This document shows positions 28,488 through 37,450 of a stretch of 64,000 nucleotides of DNA, one piece after another; within the stretch, counting starts at the first letter, position 1, and every line of letters starts with the position of its first letter. Source of the DNA: Gammaproteobacteria bacterium (GTDB lineage Bacteria; Pseudomonadota; Gammaproteobacteria; CBDBNL01; G965229495); the NCBI GenBank assembly GCA_965229495.1, contig OZ245880.1, forward strand, positions 65,937-129,936, read 5' to 3'. A program made the translations under genes and the position numbers. Under the pieces are notes generated by a model. That model was not told the DNA's origin, searched no databases, and saw only the letters and a program-made list of their open reading frames with translations.

Positions 28488-30044
28488 GTGCAGCTAATAT
28501 TGCAGTCCTTAGCGGCGCTGGTCTTGGGCGCGCTGCTGGTGCTGGGATTTGCTCCCTTCAATTACTGGTGGGCGTACACGGCGGCACTGGTGGCGTTCAC
28601 CATCTTGCTGCAGTACCAAAGCCCGGGGGTCGCGGCTTGGCTGGGGCTGTTGCTCGGCGTTGGTCAGTTCGGGATTGGTACCTCTTGGGTTTACGTCAGC
28701 ATCTACAACTTCTCTGCCGCTGGCAGCGGCACCGCCAGTGCGCTCACCGCTTTGCTCGTGCTTTATCAAGCCTTGTTCATCGCACTGGCGTGTTGGCTGT
28801 ACGCCAAGCTCAGCCACAAGCACCTAAAGCAAAGCGCGCACCACCAAAGCATAATTCCGGCCCTGCTGCTCTTCGGTAGCTTGTGGCTGCTGGCTGAAAT
28901 TCCACGCAGCCATCTACTCAATGGCTTTCCCTGGTTACTAACTGGTTACGCCTTCTTCGACACGCCATTGACTGGCTGGGGCAAACTCGGCGGCGTTAGC
29001 GCCACTGGCGCCGCCGCCATCTTGATCGTAGTATTGCTCAGCTTCATCGTCCAGCGCGCGCCTTTGCTGGGCTTGCGCGCCGTGAAAATGCGCAGCTTGC
29101 TAGCGCTACTGGCGATAGGCTTGTTGCTGGTAACCGGTGGCGCCTTGCGCGACACCTTGCGCTGGCGCCCGCTCAGCGACGACGGTCACACTTTTGCGCT
29201 CATTCAAGGCAACATCAACCAAGCCGACAAATGGCGCCGCGACAAGCGCGGCGAAATCGTCGCGCGCTACGAGCGCTTGCTAGAGCAGGCTTGGCAGCGC
29301 AGCGACGTCATCGTACTGCCCGAAGTGGCGCTGCCTTTTCACCTGCACCAGAACTACGACTGGTACCAATCCTGGCAGCAGCGCGCGCTGGAAGACAACA
29401 AAACGCTCGTTGTCGGCGTGCTCACAGCAGACTCCGAGCGCCGTAATTACAACAGCGTGCTCGGCCTCGGCGCCAAGGGCGATTTCACCGAGAACATCTA
29501 CCATAAGAAAATACTCGTGCCTTTTGGCGAGTATTTGCCGCTACCGCCAGGCTTGAGCAAATTAGTGCGCAACCTGGCGAATTTTTCCATGAGCGCAGGG
29601 CCGCCAGACCAAGCTCCGCTTATTAGTCAACACGGAGCTCTAGCGCCCTTAGTTTGTTATGAGATTGCCTTTGATGCCTACACCGCGCGCCAAGCGCGCA
29701 CTGCCAACGCCATAGTAACGATCAGCAACGACTCCTGGTTCGGCCGATCGCTCGGCCCTGAGCAGCACGCGCAGATCGCGCGGATGCGTTCTATAGAAAA
29801 TGAAACCTACGTCCTCCGCACCACCAGCACTGGCATCAGCTTCGCCAGCGACCCTAGCGGCAAAGTCATCAGCAGCATCGAGCCTTGGCAAGAAGGCATA
29901 GCCTACGGCAAATACTTCCAAGCCAGCACGACCGACGCCACACCATTCTCGCGCTACGGCTTCTGGCCCATCTACACCCTACTGCTACTAATCGCCGCCA
30001 CCAGCGCCACAGCTCTGCGCCAAGGCTCGGCATCAAGCCCTTAA
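28488..30044 (+). CDS. lnt: Apolipoprotein N-acyltransferase
   Basis: 518 aa; N-terminal multi-TM region plus C-terminal CN-hydrolase domain (VVLPEVALP...). Confidence 0.85.
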   Translation: MQLILQSLAALVLGALLVLGFAPFNYWWAYTAALVAFTILLQYQSPGVAAWLGLLLGVGQFGIGTSWVYVSIYNFSAAGSGTASALTALLVLYQALFIALACWLYAKLSHKHLKQSAHHQSIIPALLLFGSLWLLAEIPRSHLLNGFPWLLTGYAFFDTPLTGWGKLGGVSATGAAAILIVVLLSFIVQRAPLLGLRAVKMRSLLALLAIGLLLVTGGALRDTLRWRPLSDDGHTFALIQGNINQADKWRRDKRGEIVARYERLLEQAWQRSDVIVLPEVALPFHLHQNYDWYQSWQQRALEDNKTLVVGVLTADSERRNYNSVLGLGAKGDFTENIYHKKILVPFGEYLPLPPGLSKLVRNLANFSMSAGPPDQAPLISQHGALAPLVCYEIAFDAYTARQARTANAIVTISNDSWFGRSLGPEQHAQIARMRSIENETYVLRTTSTGISFASDPSGKVISSIEPWQEGIAYGKYFQASTTDATPFSRYGFWPIYTLLLLIAATSATALRQGSASSP

Positions 30045-30064
30045 CTTTCAAACAAATTGCCATT

Positions 30065-30922
30065 ATGAGCCTGCAATACAATAATTCCCCTACTGAACTG
30101 ACAATGCCTCTACTAGTCATGGAGCCATCAGCATATGCGAGTAATAGATGCGCCTATCGTGATGATGAAAATAGCATTTGGCTATATCAAGCTAACTGCT
30201 TAGAGTTTATGGATAGCTTAATCAATAAGTTCCCGCAAGGTAAATTCGATATGATATTTGCTGACCCGCCATATTTTCTCTCAAATGGTGGGATTAGTTG
30301 CCGTGCTGGTAAGATGGTTAAAGTAGATAAAGGCACTTGGGATAAATCTAGAGGTGCCGAGCTTAACCATGAATTTAATTTAGCCTGGTTATCTCGCGCA
30401 CAAAAGCTACTGAAGGACAATGGCACCATATGGGTTTCTGGCACCCATCACGTAATACATTCTATAGGATATGGCATGCAACAATTGGGCATGAAAATTC
30501 TCAATGATATTTCTTGGGAAAAGCCCAATCCACCACCAAATTTATCTTGCCGCTACTTTACTCATTCTACTGAAACCCTAATGTGGGCTGCCAAGAATTT
30601 GAAATCAAAGCATGTCTTCAATTATCAAGATATGCGAGCACAAAACGATGGTAAACAAATGAAGACAGTTTGGCGAATAAAGCCCCCAGCAAAATCCGAG
30701 AAAAACTTTGGTAAACACCCCACTCAAAAGCCAGTAGAACTATTGGAGAGAATAATACTAGCTAGCACAAATAAGGACGATTTAATTCTAGACCCATTTG
30801 CTGGCAGCTCTACAACTGGAGTTGCTGCAATTTTAACTGATCGAAAATTTGTTGGCTGCGAATTAGAAGAAGATTTTATATCTTTGTCGGAAAAACGTTT
30901 AGCTATGGCGGTCGCGAAGTAA
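30065..30922 (+). CDS. Beta-class DNA methyltransferase (DPPY motif IV, probable N6-adenine), R-M system M subunit
   Basis: Motif IV FADPPY precedes motif I DPFAGSSTTGVAA (circularly permuted beta-class order). Real start is ATG 30065 (MSLQYNN); the tracked ORF start 29885 overlaps lnt. Low GC. Confidence 0.8.
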   Translation: MSLQYNNSPTELTMPLLVMEPSAYASNRCAYRDDENSIWLYQANCLEFMDSLINKFPQGKFDMIFADPPYFLSNGGISCRAGKMVKVDKGTWDKSRGAELNHEFNLAWLSRAQKLLKDNGTIWVSGTHHVIHSIGYGMQQLGMKILNDISWEKPNPPPNLSCRYFTHSTETLMWAAKNLKSKHVFNYQDMRAQNDGKQMKTVWRIKPPAKSEKNFGKHPTQKPVELLERIILASTNKDDLILDPFAGSSTTGVAAILTDRKFVGCELEEDFISLSEKRLAMAVAK

Positions 30923-30951
30923 CACTAACTTTAAACTTATGAGAGTGCAAA

Positions 30952-31494
30952 ATGATAAAAGATGGAACTGGTGGTGGCAATACCATAACTGGATTAAATT
31001 TCGAGAAAAAATCTGACATAGTCGAGCTTCTTAAGCAGATTCCAGGCTACGATGTCAGGCTAAAAGGTGGCAATAATTATCACGAAATATATTATGCTGG
31101 TATTCTTGTCGCCAAGTGTTACAAGAAGCATGACTTTTATAAGTATTTCCTAGAAAAAGAGCATGGTATCTACTGGCGGCAATATATTTCTCGCCAATTA
31201 CTTCCAGATAGTGCTTTACTCATTATTGTGCGGGAGACTTTGTTTATCATTGAGATAAAATACCAACAGGTTGCAGGCTCTGTCGACGAAAAATTGCAAA
31301 CTTGTGATTTTAAGCGCAAGCAATATCTCAAGCTAGTTTCACATCTCGGCATAAAAGTAGAATACGTTTATGTTTTGAGCGATTTTTTCAACAAAGAAGA
31401 GTATTCTGATGTATTAGCTTACATACACAGCGTAAATTGTCATTATAAATTCAATCAATTACCTTTATCTTGGTTAGGGCTGCCCTATGACTAA
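30952..31494 (+). CDS. Putative type II restriction endonuclease (PD-(D/E)XK)
   Basis: 180 aa, AT-rich. PD...EIK arrangement (LLPDSALLIIVRETLFIIEIKYQ). Sits 30 nt downstream of the MTase on the same strand. Confidence 0.5.
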   Translation: MIKDGTGGGNTITGLNFEKKSDIVELLKQIPGYDVRLKGGNNYHEIYYAGILVAKCYKKHDFYKYFLEKEHGIYWRQYISRQLLPDSALLIIVRETLFIIEIKYQQVAGSVDEKLQTCDFKRKQYLKLVSHLGIKVEYVYVLSDFFNKEEYSDVLAYIHSVNCHYKFNQLPLSWLGLPYD

Positions 31495-31621
31495 TTGAGA
31501 ACTCTGACAACAAAAACACAAACACGTATTGCGCTGGCGATTATGAGTTTGCTGTGTAATGGGGCATCCTCTCTGCTGACTCATACTTGTGCGACGCTAT
31601 ACACTTATAAACCTTATCTCA

Positions 31622-32371
31622 TTAAAAGGCGTAATTTAAGCTTAGCCGACCGCCATCGACATAGATGGTTTCACCGGTGATATAGCTGGCCTTGCTCGAG
31701 CACAAGAAGGCGACGACATCGCCGATCTCGCGAGCGCTGCCAACTCGCCCCAGAGGAGTGCGCGACATGGCAGCTTTGAGGGCCTCTGGGTTGGCGTTGA
31801 CCCCAGCCATCATGGCAGTATCAATAGAGCCAGGGCCAACGGCATTGACGCGGATATTATTCTGAGCCAGCGCAATCGCTGCTACTTTGGTTAATTGCAT
31901 CAAGCCACCCTTGGAAGCGCAGTAAGCGGGAATGGTGGCAATGGCGACTTGGGCATTGACCGAAGTCATGTTGACTATGGCTCCAGCTATTTCATGCTCC
32001 AGCATGGTGCGCGCGGCCATCTGGGTGGCAATAAAGGCGCCGCGCAAGTTGACGTTGATAACTTTATCAAAGCTTTCAACATCGTAGCTGAGGAAATCTC
32101 CTGGCATAGCCACGCCAGCGTTATTGACCAAGGCGTGCAGCGGGCCGTGATCAGCAGCAATAGCGGCAAACATAGCATCAATCTGATCCAGTTCGCCCAT
32201 ATCACAAGTGATTGCCGCCGCTGCCCCCAGCTTCTCAGCTGCCTCATTAACGCCGTCGGCGTTCACATCAGCGATGATCACGCTATAGCCATCTTCCTTT
32301 AGTGCCTCAGCGCAGGCGTAACCAATACCCTGCGCCGCGCCAGTAATCAGTGCTAGTGGTTTGCTTGTCAT
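31622..32371 (-). CDS. SDR family oxidoreductase (3-oxoacyl-ACP reductase/acetoin reductase-like)
   Basis: 249 aa, TGAAQGIGYACA cofactor motif and a YCASKGG catalytic motif. Confidence 0.8.
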   Translation of the reverse strand: MTSKPLALITGAAQGIGYACAEALKEDGYSVIIADVNADGVNEAAEKLGAAAAITCDMGELDQIDAMFAAIAADHGPLHALVNNAGVAMPGDFLSYDVESFDKVINVNLRGAFIATQMAARTMLEHEIAGAIVNMTSVNAQVAIATIPAYCASKGGLMQLTKVAAIALAQNNIRVNAVGPGSIDTAMMAGVNANPEALKAAMSRTPLGRVGSAREIGDVVAFLCSSKASYITGETIYVDGGRLSLNYAF

Positions 32372-32409
32372 GGCTTTACTCCTTTGTTAGTCATTAACAT
32401 TAACCAGAT

Positions 32410-32431
32410 GAGACCTTTGTAAAAAGGCTCT
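32410..32431. promoter_or_regulatory. Palindromic operator-like motif GAGACCTTT-N4-AAAGG(C/T)TCT upstream of the SDR gene; second copy at 38447-38468 upstream of proX
   Basis: gagacctttgtaaaaaggctct lies 39 nt upstream of the SDR start. gagacctttgcgaaaaggttct lies 31 nt upstream of the proX start. Both have the same orientation relative to the gene. Confidence 0.45.
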
Positions 32432-32755
32432 TTTTGCCCGCAGCTTTGTTGTCAATTGTTTATGTGACCAGCCCATTTTTTGCAACAGATTAGCTGCCAA
32501 GAGTGAATAGTGTACCCTTAAAATCTATCATCTATCTGAATAAACTAACTAAACACAAGCAGTCGCCTGCGCGCCCTTGATGCGCGCTGATAACACAGCC
32601 TCTTCGTTGGTCAGAGGCAACAGCAAAATCGCAGCCCTCAGGGCCAACAAGCCTACGCTGCTATATAGCCAACTACATCCTGATATAATTGCTCGCCGCA
32701 TATAAACCGCAGCCGACAAACTCAGTAATCTCAATATCACCAGAGGTATCCAGCT

Positions 32756-33487
32756 ATGGCTGATTCAAATAATTTTGACGATAACTTCAATAAGGTTTGG
32801 GCGATTCTGACCAGGGTCGCAGCGCGCCAAGAGCAGACCGAGGTCCAGATGGCCGAAACTGATAAGCGGCTCAATGAGCTCCGTGTCCAAACAGCCGAAA
32901 CTGATAAGCGGCTGGTCGAAACTGATAAGCGGTTGAATGAACTCCGTATCCAAACGGCCGAGACTGATAAGCGGCTGGCCGAAACTGATAAGCGATTGAA
33001 TGAACTCCGTATCCAAACGGCCGAGACCGATAAGCGGCTCAACAAGCTGATGGCTGGTAACGAGACGATGCAAAGCTTCATAAAAAATGACTCTGATGCT
33101 TGCGAGCAGCACTTTGTCGATAGCCTGGATAGCCACGACTTGATAGTAGCTGGAGTTAAGTTTGACGAGATTTACTCGAATGTCCGCAAAAAGCGCGGTG
33201 GTAAAAACATTGAGCTCGACGCGTTACTGATCAACGGCGATAGCATTGCGCTCATGGAAGTTAAGAAAAAATTGCACTTAAATGATGTTATCAAAGTGCG
33301 CAACAACCTCATAGGGCGATTCCGCGACCTCTTCCCAGAGCACCAAGCCAAGCGCTTGCTCGTGCTCGTAGCTGGCAAAAGCATCAACGCCGATGCTGAA
33401 GCCAAAGCCTTGGAGTCTGGCTTCGTGGTGCTCAGCTTCAAAGCGCGCGCACTACATATGCAAACTCAGCAAGCTCGATACTACTAG
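32756..33487 (+). CDS. Tandem-repeat coiled-coil protein with C-terminal PD-(D/E)XK-like (DUF3782-like) domain
   Basis: 243 aa. Residues 33-95 are heptad repeats AETDKRL/NELRIQT. The C-terminus (...KNIELDALLINGDSIALMEVKKKL...) has a D...E-x-K arrangement consistent with a restriction-endonuclease-like fold. Confidence 0.5.
   Translation: MADSNNFDDNFNKVWAILTRVAARQEQTEVQMAETDKRLNELRVQTAETDKRLVETDKRLNELRIQTAETDKRLAETDKRLNELRIQTAETDKRLNKLMAGNETMQSFIKNDSDACEQHFVDSLDSHDLIVAGVKFDEIYSNVRKKRGGKNIELDALLINGDSIALMEVKKKLHLNDVIKVRNNLIGRFRDLFPEHQAKRLLVLVAGKSINADAEAKALESGFVVLSFKARALHMQTQQARYY
32852..33040. repeat. 21/42-bp tandem repeats encoding (AETDKRL-NELRIQT)n
   Basis: gccgaaactgataagcggctcaatgagctccgtgtccaaaca and variants, about 4.5 copies. 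The repeats generate spurious long antisense ORFs. Confidence 0.8.
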
Positions 33488-33635
33488 GGAAGATGAGAGT
33501 GTTCACCTAACGACAGAAAAATCATAAGCCGATGGAAGTTCACATATATTGATTTATGTAATATCAGGATCATATGCCAGGTGCAGCTTTCTTGAAATAT
33601 GAAAATATATCTTTTAGTGAACATTCTCCTATCAA

Positions 33636-33992
33636 TTACCGCCAAGACCGCTCTCCGTCCCTGACGATTACCCCTTGGCGCACGAGCTCGGAGCTTATCG
33701 CACCTCTGGTCCTGCCAAAATGCTGCGCGAGTTCGGCTATAGATTTGCCTTGGCGAAATAGCTCGGCGACTTCTTGTCTTAGCTCCTCGGTCCAAGGGCG
33801 ACCAGCATTGGCCGGCCTATTCTCCGCTGCCGATGATTTGCTCGGCAGCTTAACATGATTCAGCACTGTGAAAAGAGCGCGCACAATGTCCGGCGAGTTA
33901 TACGGGCTATCGTCGGCAAAAGTCTCACCCGTCGTCGGGTCGACGCCGTTGGCAAGTAGCTTGACGATCTCTTGGGCTCGGTCAATTTCCAT
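33636..33992 (-). CDS. Hypothetical protein with C-terminal helix-turn-helix
   Basis: 118 aa; GKSIAELAQHFGRTRGAISSEL is HTH-like; convergent with the repeat protein. Confidence 0.35.
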   Translation of the reverse strand: MEIDRAQEIVKLLANGVDPTTGETFADDSPYNSPDIVRALFTVLNHVKLPSKSSAAENRPANAGRPWTEELRQEVAELFRQGKSIAELAQHFGRTRGAISSELVRQGVIVRDGERSWR

Positions 33993-34054
33993 AAGCTATT
34001 CCGATTAGACGTCTGGACGGCGGGGCAGCATCACATAGCGGCTACTCGCGCACG

Positions 34055-34774
34055 CTAGCTCAAAAAATCTGCCACCAGCGCATTAAATATCTGCTCTTTT
34101 TCCAAGTGCACGGCGTGGGCGCAGTTGGGCAGCGCTGCCAAGTGCGAGTCGGGGATTTGGCGCCAGAGCTCGTTAATCTGTGGCCAGCGGTAGGTGCGGT
34201 CGTGCTCGCCCCAGAGGATTAAAGTCGGGCAACTAATTTTCTCTAGGTTGTCTCGGCGCGACCAGTTCTCCAGCGCCGTCAAAGCTGCTTGCAGCGCCTG
34301 AGCGCTCGAACGCCGCGCCAGCGCCGCGCACTCGGGGTAGCCCGGAGCTTGCTGATAATCGAGAAACCAAGTCGCCGATACTCTATCGGCAAAGGCATCA
34401 ACGCCTTCCTCCTCCGCGCGCTGGCGCGAGGTCGCAAAGCTCTCGAAGCGCCCAGGCAGATCGCCGGCAGCGGCAGTGCCATACAGCACCAAGCGCTGGA
34501 CGCGCTGCGGTGCCAACGCTACCATTTCCTGCACGATCATCCCTCCCATCGAATGCCCGAGCAGGTCGAATTGCTCTACGCCTTTTTGATCTAGCCCTGT
34601 GAGCACGTATTCGGCAAAACCAGCGATGGTGTCGGGAGCTACTGCTGCGTTATTGGCGCCAAAGCCAGGCAAATCCGGAGTAATGACTTCTCGCGTATCG
34701 CCCCAAGCGCGCCGCTGCGACTGCCACTGCACGCCACCACCCATGAAACCATGCACTAATACCAAAGGCTTCAC
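34055..34774 (-). CDS. Alpha/beta hydrolase
   Basis: 239 aa, HGFMGGG oxyanion region and GHSMGG nucleophile elbow. Confidence 0.75.
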   Translation of the reverse strand: MKPLVLVHGFMGGGVQWQSQRRAWGDTREVITPDLPGFGANNAAVAPDTIAGFAEYVLTGLDQKGVEQFDLLGHSMGGMIVQEMVALAPQRVQRLVLYGTAAAGDLPGRFESFATSRQRAEEEGVDAFADRVSATWFLDYQQAPGYPECAALARRSSAQALQAALTALENWSRRDNLEKISCPTLILWGEHDRTYRWPQINELWRQIPDSHLAALPNCAHAVHLEKEQIFNALVADFLS

Positions 34775-36303
34775 TTACGCTTCCCCTGGACAATGCGGTC
34801 GAGGATCATGGCGCAGAAGAGTATGGAGAAGCCGGCGAGGATGCCTTGGCCGACGTTGGCGTATTGCAAGGCTTCGAGCACGTCTTCGCCCAAGCCCTTG
34901 GCGCCAATCAAAGAGGCAACGACCACCATCGCCAGCGACAGCATGATGGTCTGGTTAATGCCAGCGCGGATCGATGGACTCGCCAGCGGCAAGTCGATAC
35001 GCGTGAGCAAATACCACTTGCTGGCGCCGAAAGACAACGCCGCCTCGCGCACGTGCTCCGGCACCCCGCGCAAGCCCAGCACTGTCAGGCGCACCACCGG
35101 CGTGCCGCCGAAGATCATGGTGGTTACCACCGCCGCTGGCTTGCCAGTGCCAAAAAAAGCGATCACTGGGATCATGAAAACAAAGGCGGGCATGGTTTGC
35201 ATGAAGTCCATAATCGGCTGGATGAAAGCGTAAAAACGCTTGCGCCGAGCGCAAAACATCCCCAGCGGAATGCCGATGACGATAGATAGGCAAGCGGCGG
35301 TGCCGAGCAGCGCCAGCGTGGTCATTGCCTTCTCCCAAAAGCCCAGCAGGCCCATATACGCCAGGAAGGCGCCAGAGTAAATCGCCGTGCTCGTGCCCGC
35401 TGACAGCCAGGTCAGCAACACGATAAAAGAAGCTATCACCAGCCACGGCGTTTGCACAAAGACCAGCTCCAGCGTGTCGAGCACCAAGCGAATCCCCGCC
35501 GTGATCAAGTCGAACAGACCTTCGCCGTTAGTTACGCAAAAATTGAAGAAAAGCTCCACCCAGTCGATGGCGGTTAGGCGGATTTGCAGCAGAGTCGGGA
35601 AGTCGTCCAAGACCTTAAAAGCCCCAGGGAAGCTGTAATTGATGATAGTCGCCACCGCTATCAAGCTGGCGAACACCGCGCTCAGCACGACGTCGCGCAT
35701 GGGCATACCGTGGCGGATGCTGCCATCAGAAAGCCAATCGGAGAAACGCCGCTCTAAGATGCTATTGGCGCTCACCGCTTGCGCCAGCTTCACCGCCAGC
35801 AACAGCACAACGCCCACCAGCGCTATCCAAATACCCTGCGCCTCCAACTGCTGCGCCTCCAGCCGAATGCCGCCGATGGCGTCCTCCAAAGACTGTACGG
35901 TACGCCGATAAACCTCGATCTTATCGGAGTTGCTGTCGATGGCGGCGGCGAGCTGCTGGCGTCGCAGCTCCAAGGTATTTTCGATAGAAGCAATACGAGC
36001 GCGCGCCGCCGAAGATAGATCGCCGAAGAGCCCGCGCGTTATTTGCACCCAAGCGATAGTTTCAAGGATCAAAAAAGCCAGCGCCCAATTCCACAGCCCA
36101 CGCGCGCCGAACCAAACCGGGCCGAATAAGCCAGCAAAGAAGTTGAAGCTGGGGGTGAACTTGGCGCTGGCACCGATCTTTTCAAATTGACCAGCGTAGT
36201 AGCTGGGATTGGTGCGCACGAAGGTACCGACGCGGTCGCGGCGCTCTTGCGCCATTTGCTCGGCGACTCCAGCGCGCGCTTCTAGGGCTGCGGGCATACT
36301 CAT
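34771..36303 (-). CDS. proW: Glycine betaine/proline ABC transporter permease with extended N-terminal domain
   Basis: The C-terminal 280 aa are a ProW/OpuAB-type permease core (EAA loop). The N-terminal ~230 aa are extra TM plus coiled coil. Confidence 0.8.
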   Translation of the reverse strand: MSMPAALEARAGVAEQMAQERRDRVGTFVRTNPSYYAGQFEKIGASAKFTPSFNFFAGLFGPVWFGARGLWNWALAFLILETIAWVQITRGLFGDLSSAARARIASIENTLELRRQQLAAAIDSNSDKIEVYRRTVQSLEDAIGGIRLEAQQLEAQGIWIALVGVVLLLAVKLAQAVSANSILERRFSDWLSDGSIRHGMPMRDVVLSAVFASLIAVATIINYSFPGAFKVLDDFPTLLQIRLTAIDWVELFFNFCVTNGEGLFDLITAGIRLVLDTLELVFVQTPWLVIASFIVLLTWLSAGTSTAIYSGAFLAYMGLLGFWEKAMTTLALLGTAACLSIVIGIPLGMFCARRKRFYAFIQPIMDFMQTMPAFVFMIPVIAFFGTGKPAAVVTTMIFGGTPVVRLTVLGLRGVPEHVREAALSFGASKWYLLTRIDLPLASPSIRAGINQTIMLSLAMVVVASLIGAKGLGEDVLEALQYANVGQGILAGFSILFCAMILDRIVQGKRK

Positions 36304-37370
36304 GCTATCTCGGCTCCTTCCACTACCGTGCGCAAGATATCGCTGCGCGTTACCACGCCGACGTCTTTACCATCAGCAGCGACGACGATTGGCGCGTCGT
36401 CGGCGATGGCCATATTTATCAGCGCGCTCAAGCTGGCGTCTTCGTCGACGCGCGGCGCTGCTGCTGACAGCTCGCCGTTGACCGCCGCCAAGTATTGATC
36501 AACAGGCTGCATCACGGCGTGGGCGCGCACTACTTTCAAACGCGAGATACCAGCGACGAAGTCGGCGACGTAGGCGTCGACTGGGTTCATGACTATGTCC
36601 TCGGCAGTGCCTATCTGCACGATGCGGCCGTCGCGCATGATCGCTATGCGGTCGCCGACGCGCACCGCTTCGTCCAAGTCGTGGGTGATGAACACCGTGG
36701 TCTTTTGCAAGATCGCCGAAAGCCGGATGAATTCATCCTGCAATTGCCGCCGAATCAGCGGGTCCAGCGCCGAGAAAGGCTCGTCCATCAGCAGGATGTC
36801 GGGGTTGGCAGCCAAGGCGCGCGCCAAGCCGACGCGCTGCTGCATTCCGCCGGAAAGTTCGTGGGCGTATTTATTGCCCCAGGCACCGAGCTCGACGATA
36901 TCGAGAATTTGCGCGGCTTGCGCCAGGCGTTCGTTCTTGTTGACCTTGCGAATCTCCAGCGGCATCGCGACGTTATCGAGCACCGAGCGGTGCGGCAGCA
37001 AGGCAAAATTTTGGAAGACCATGCCGATCTTCTGGTTGCGAAAATCTTGCAGCTGCCTCGGCGCCAACTGCATCACCTCGACACCTTCAACGCTGATGCT
37101 GCCAGCAGTGGGCTCGAGCAGGCGGTTGAAATGACGCACCAGAGTAGACTTACCGCTGCCGGATAAGCCCATGACGCAGAATATCTCGCCGCGATTGATC
37201 GACAGGTTGGCATCGGCGACGCCGACCACGGCGTTGAAGCGGCTGAGCACTTCGGCTTTATCCAGGCCCTCGGTCTGAATAGCGCGCAAGGCTTCATCGG
37301 CGCGCTCGCCGAAGAGCTTCCAGACCCCGCGCACCTCGATCATCGGCGACGATTTATCTGCTGGCGTCAT
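36300..37370 (-). CDS. proV: Glycine betaine/proline ABC transporter ATP-binding protein with tandem CBS domains
   Basis: Walker A GLSGSGKST, signature LSGGMQQRV, Walker B ILLMDE, C-terminal CBS pair. Confidence 0.9.
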   Translation of the reverse strand: MTPADKSSPMIEVRGVWKLFGERADEALRAIQTEGLDKAEVLSRFNAVVGVADANLSINRGEIFCVMGLSGSGKSTLVRHFNRLLEPTAGSISVEGVEVMQLAPRQLQDFRNQKIGMVFQNFALLPHRSVLDNVAMPLEIRKVNKNERLAQAAQILDIVELGAWGNKYAHELSGGMQQRVGLARALAANPDILLMDEPFSALDPLIRRQLQDEFIRLSAILQKTTVFITHDLDEAVRVGDRIAIMRDGRIVQIGTAEDIVMNPVDAYVADFVAGISRLKVVRAHAVMQPVDQYLAAVNGELSAAAPRVDEDASLSALINMAIADDAPIVVAADGKDVGVVTRSDILRTVVEGAEIA

Positions 37371-37384
37371 TAACCCTTAGCCAT

Positions 37385-37422
37385 AAAAAAAACTGGGGGC
37401 GAGCAAAGGCGCCCACCCCCAG
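37385..37422 (-). terminator. Intercistronic hairpin + U9 tract between proX and proV (terminator/attenuator-like)
   Basis: On the minus strand the stem CTGGGGG(T)GGGCGCC...CCCCCAG is followed by ttttttttt and ends 14 nt before the proV start. Confidence 0.4.
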
Positions 37423-37450
37423 TCCAATTCCTAACTTCAGACAGTAAGAC

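Noticed and set aside
29885-30064. Upstream part of the methyltransferase ORF
   Set aside because: It overlaps the lnt 3' end and is higher-GC than the MTase body. ATG 30065 (MSLQYNN), immediately after the lnt stop, is the plausible start.
32737-33136. Two long minus-strand ORFs antisense to the repeat protein (32737-33081, 32765-33136)
   Set aside because: These open frames are generated by the 21/42-bp tandem repeats. The sense frame carries a coherent heptad repeat plus a globular C-domain.
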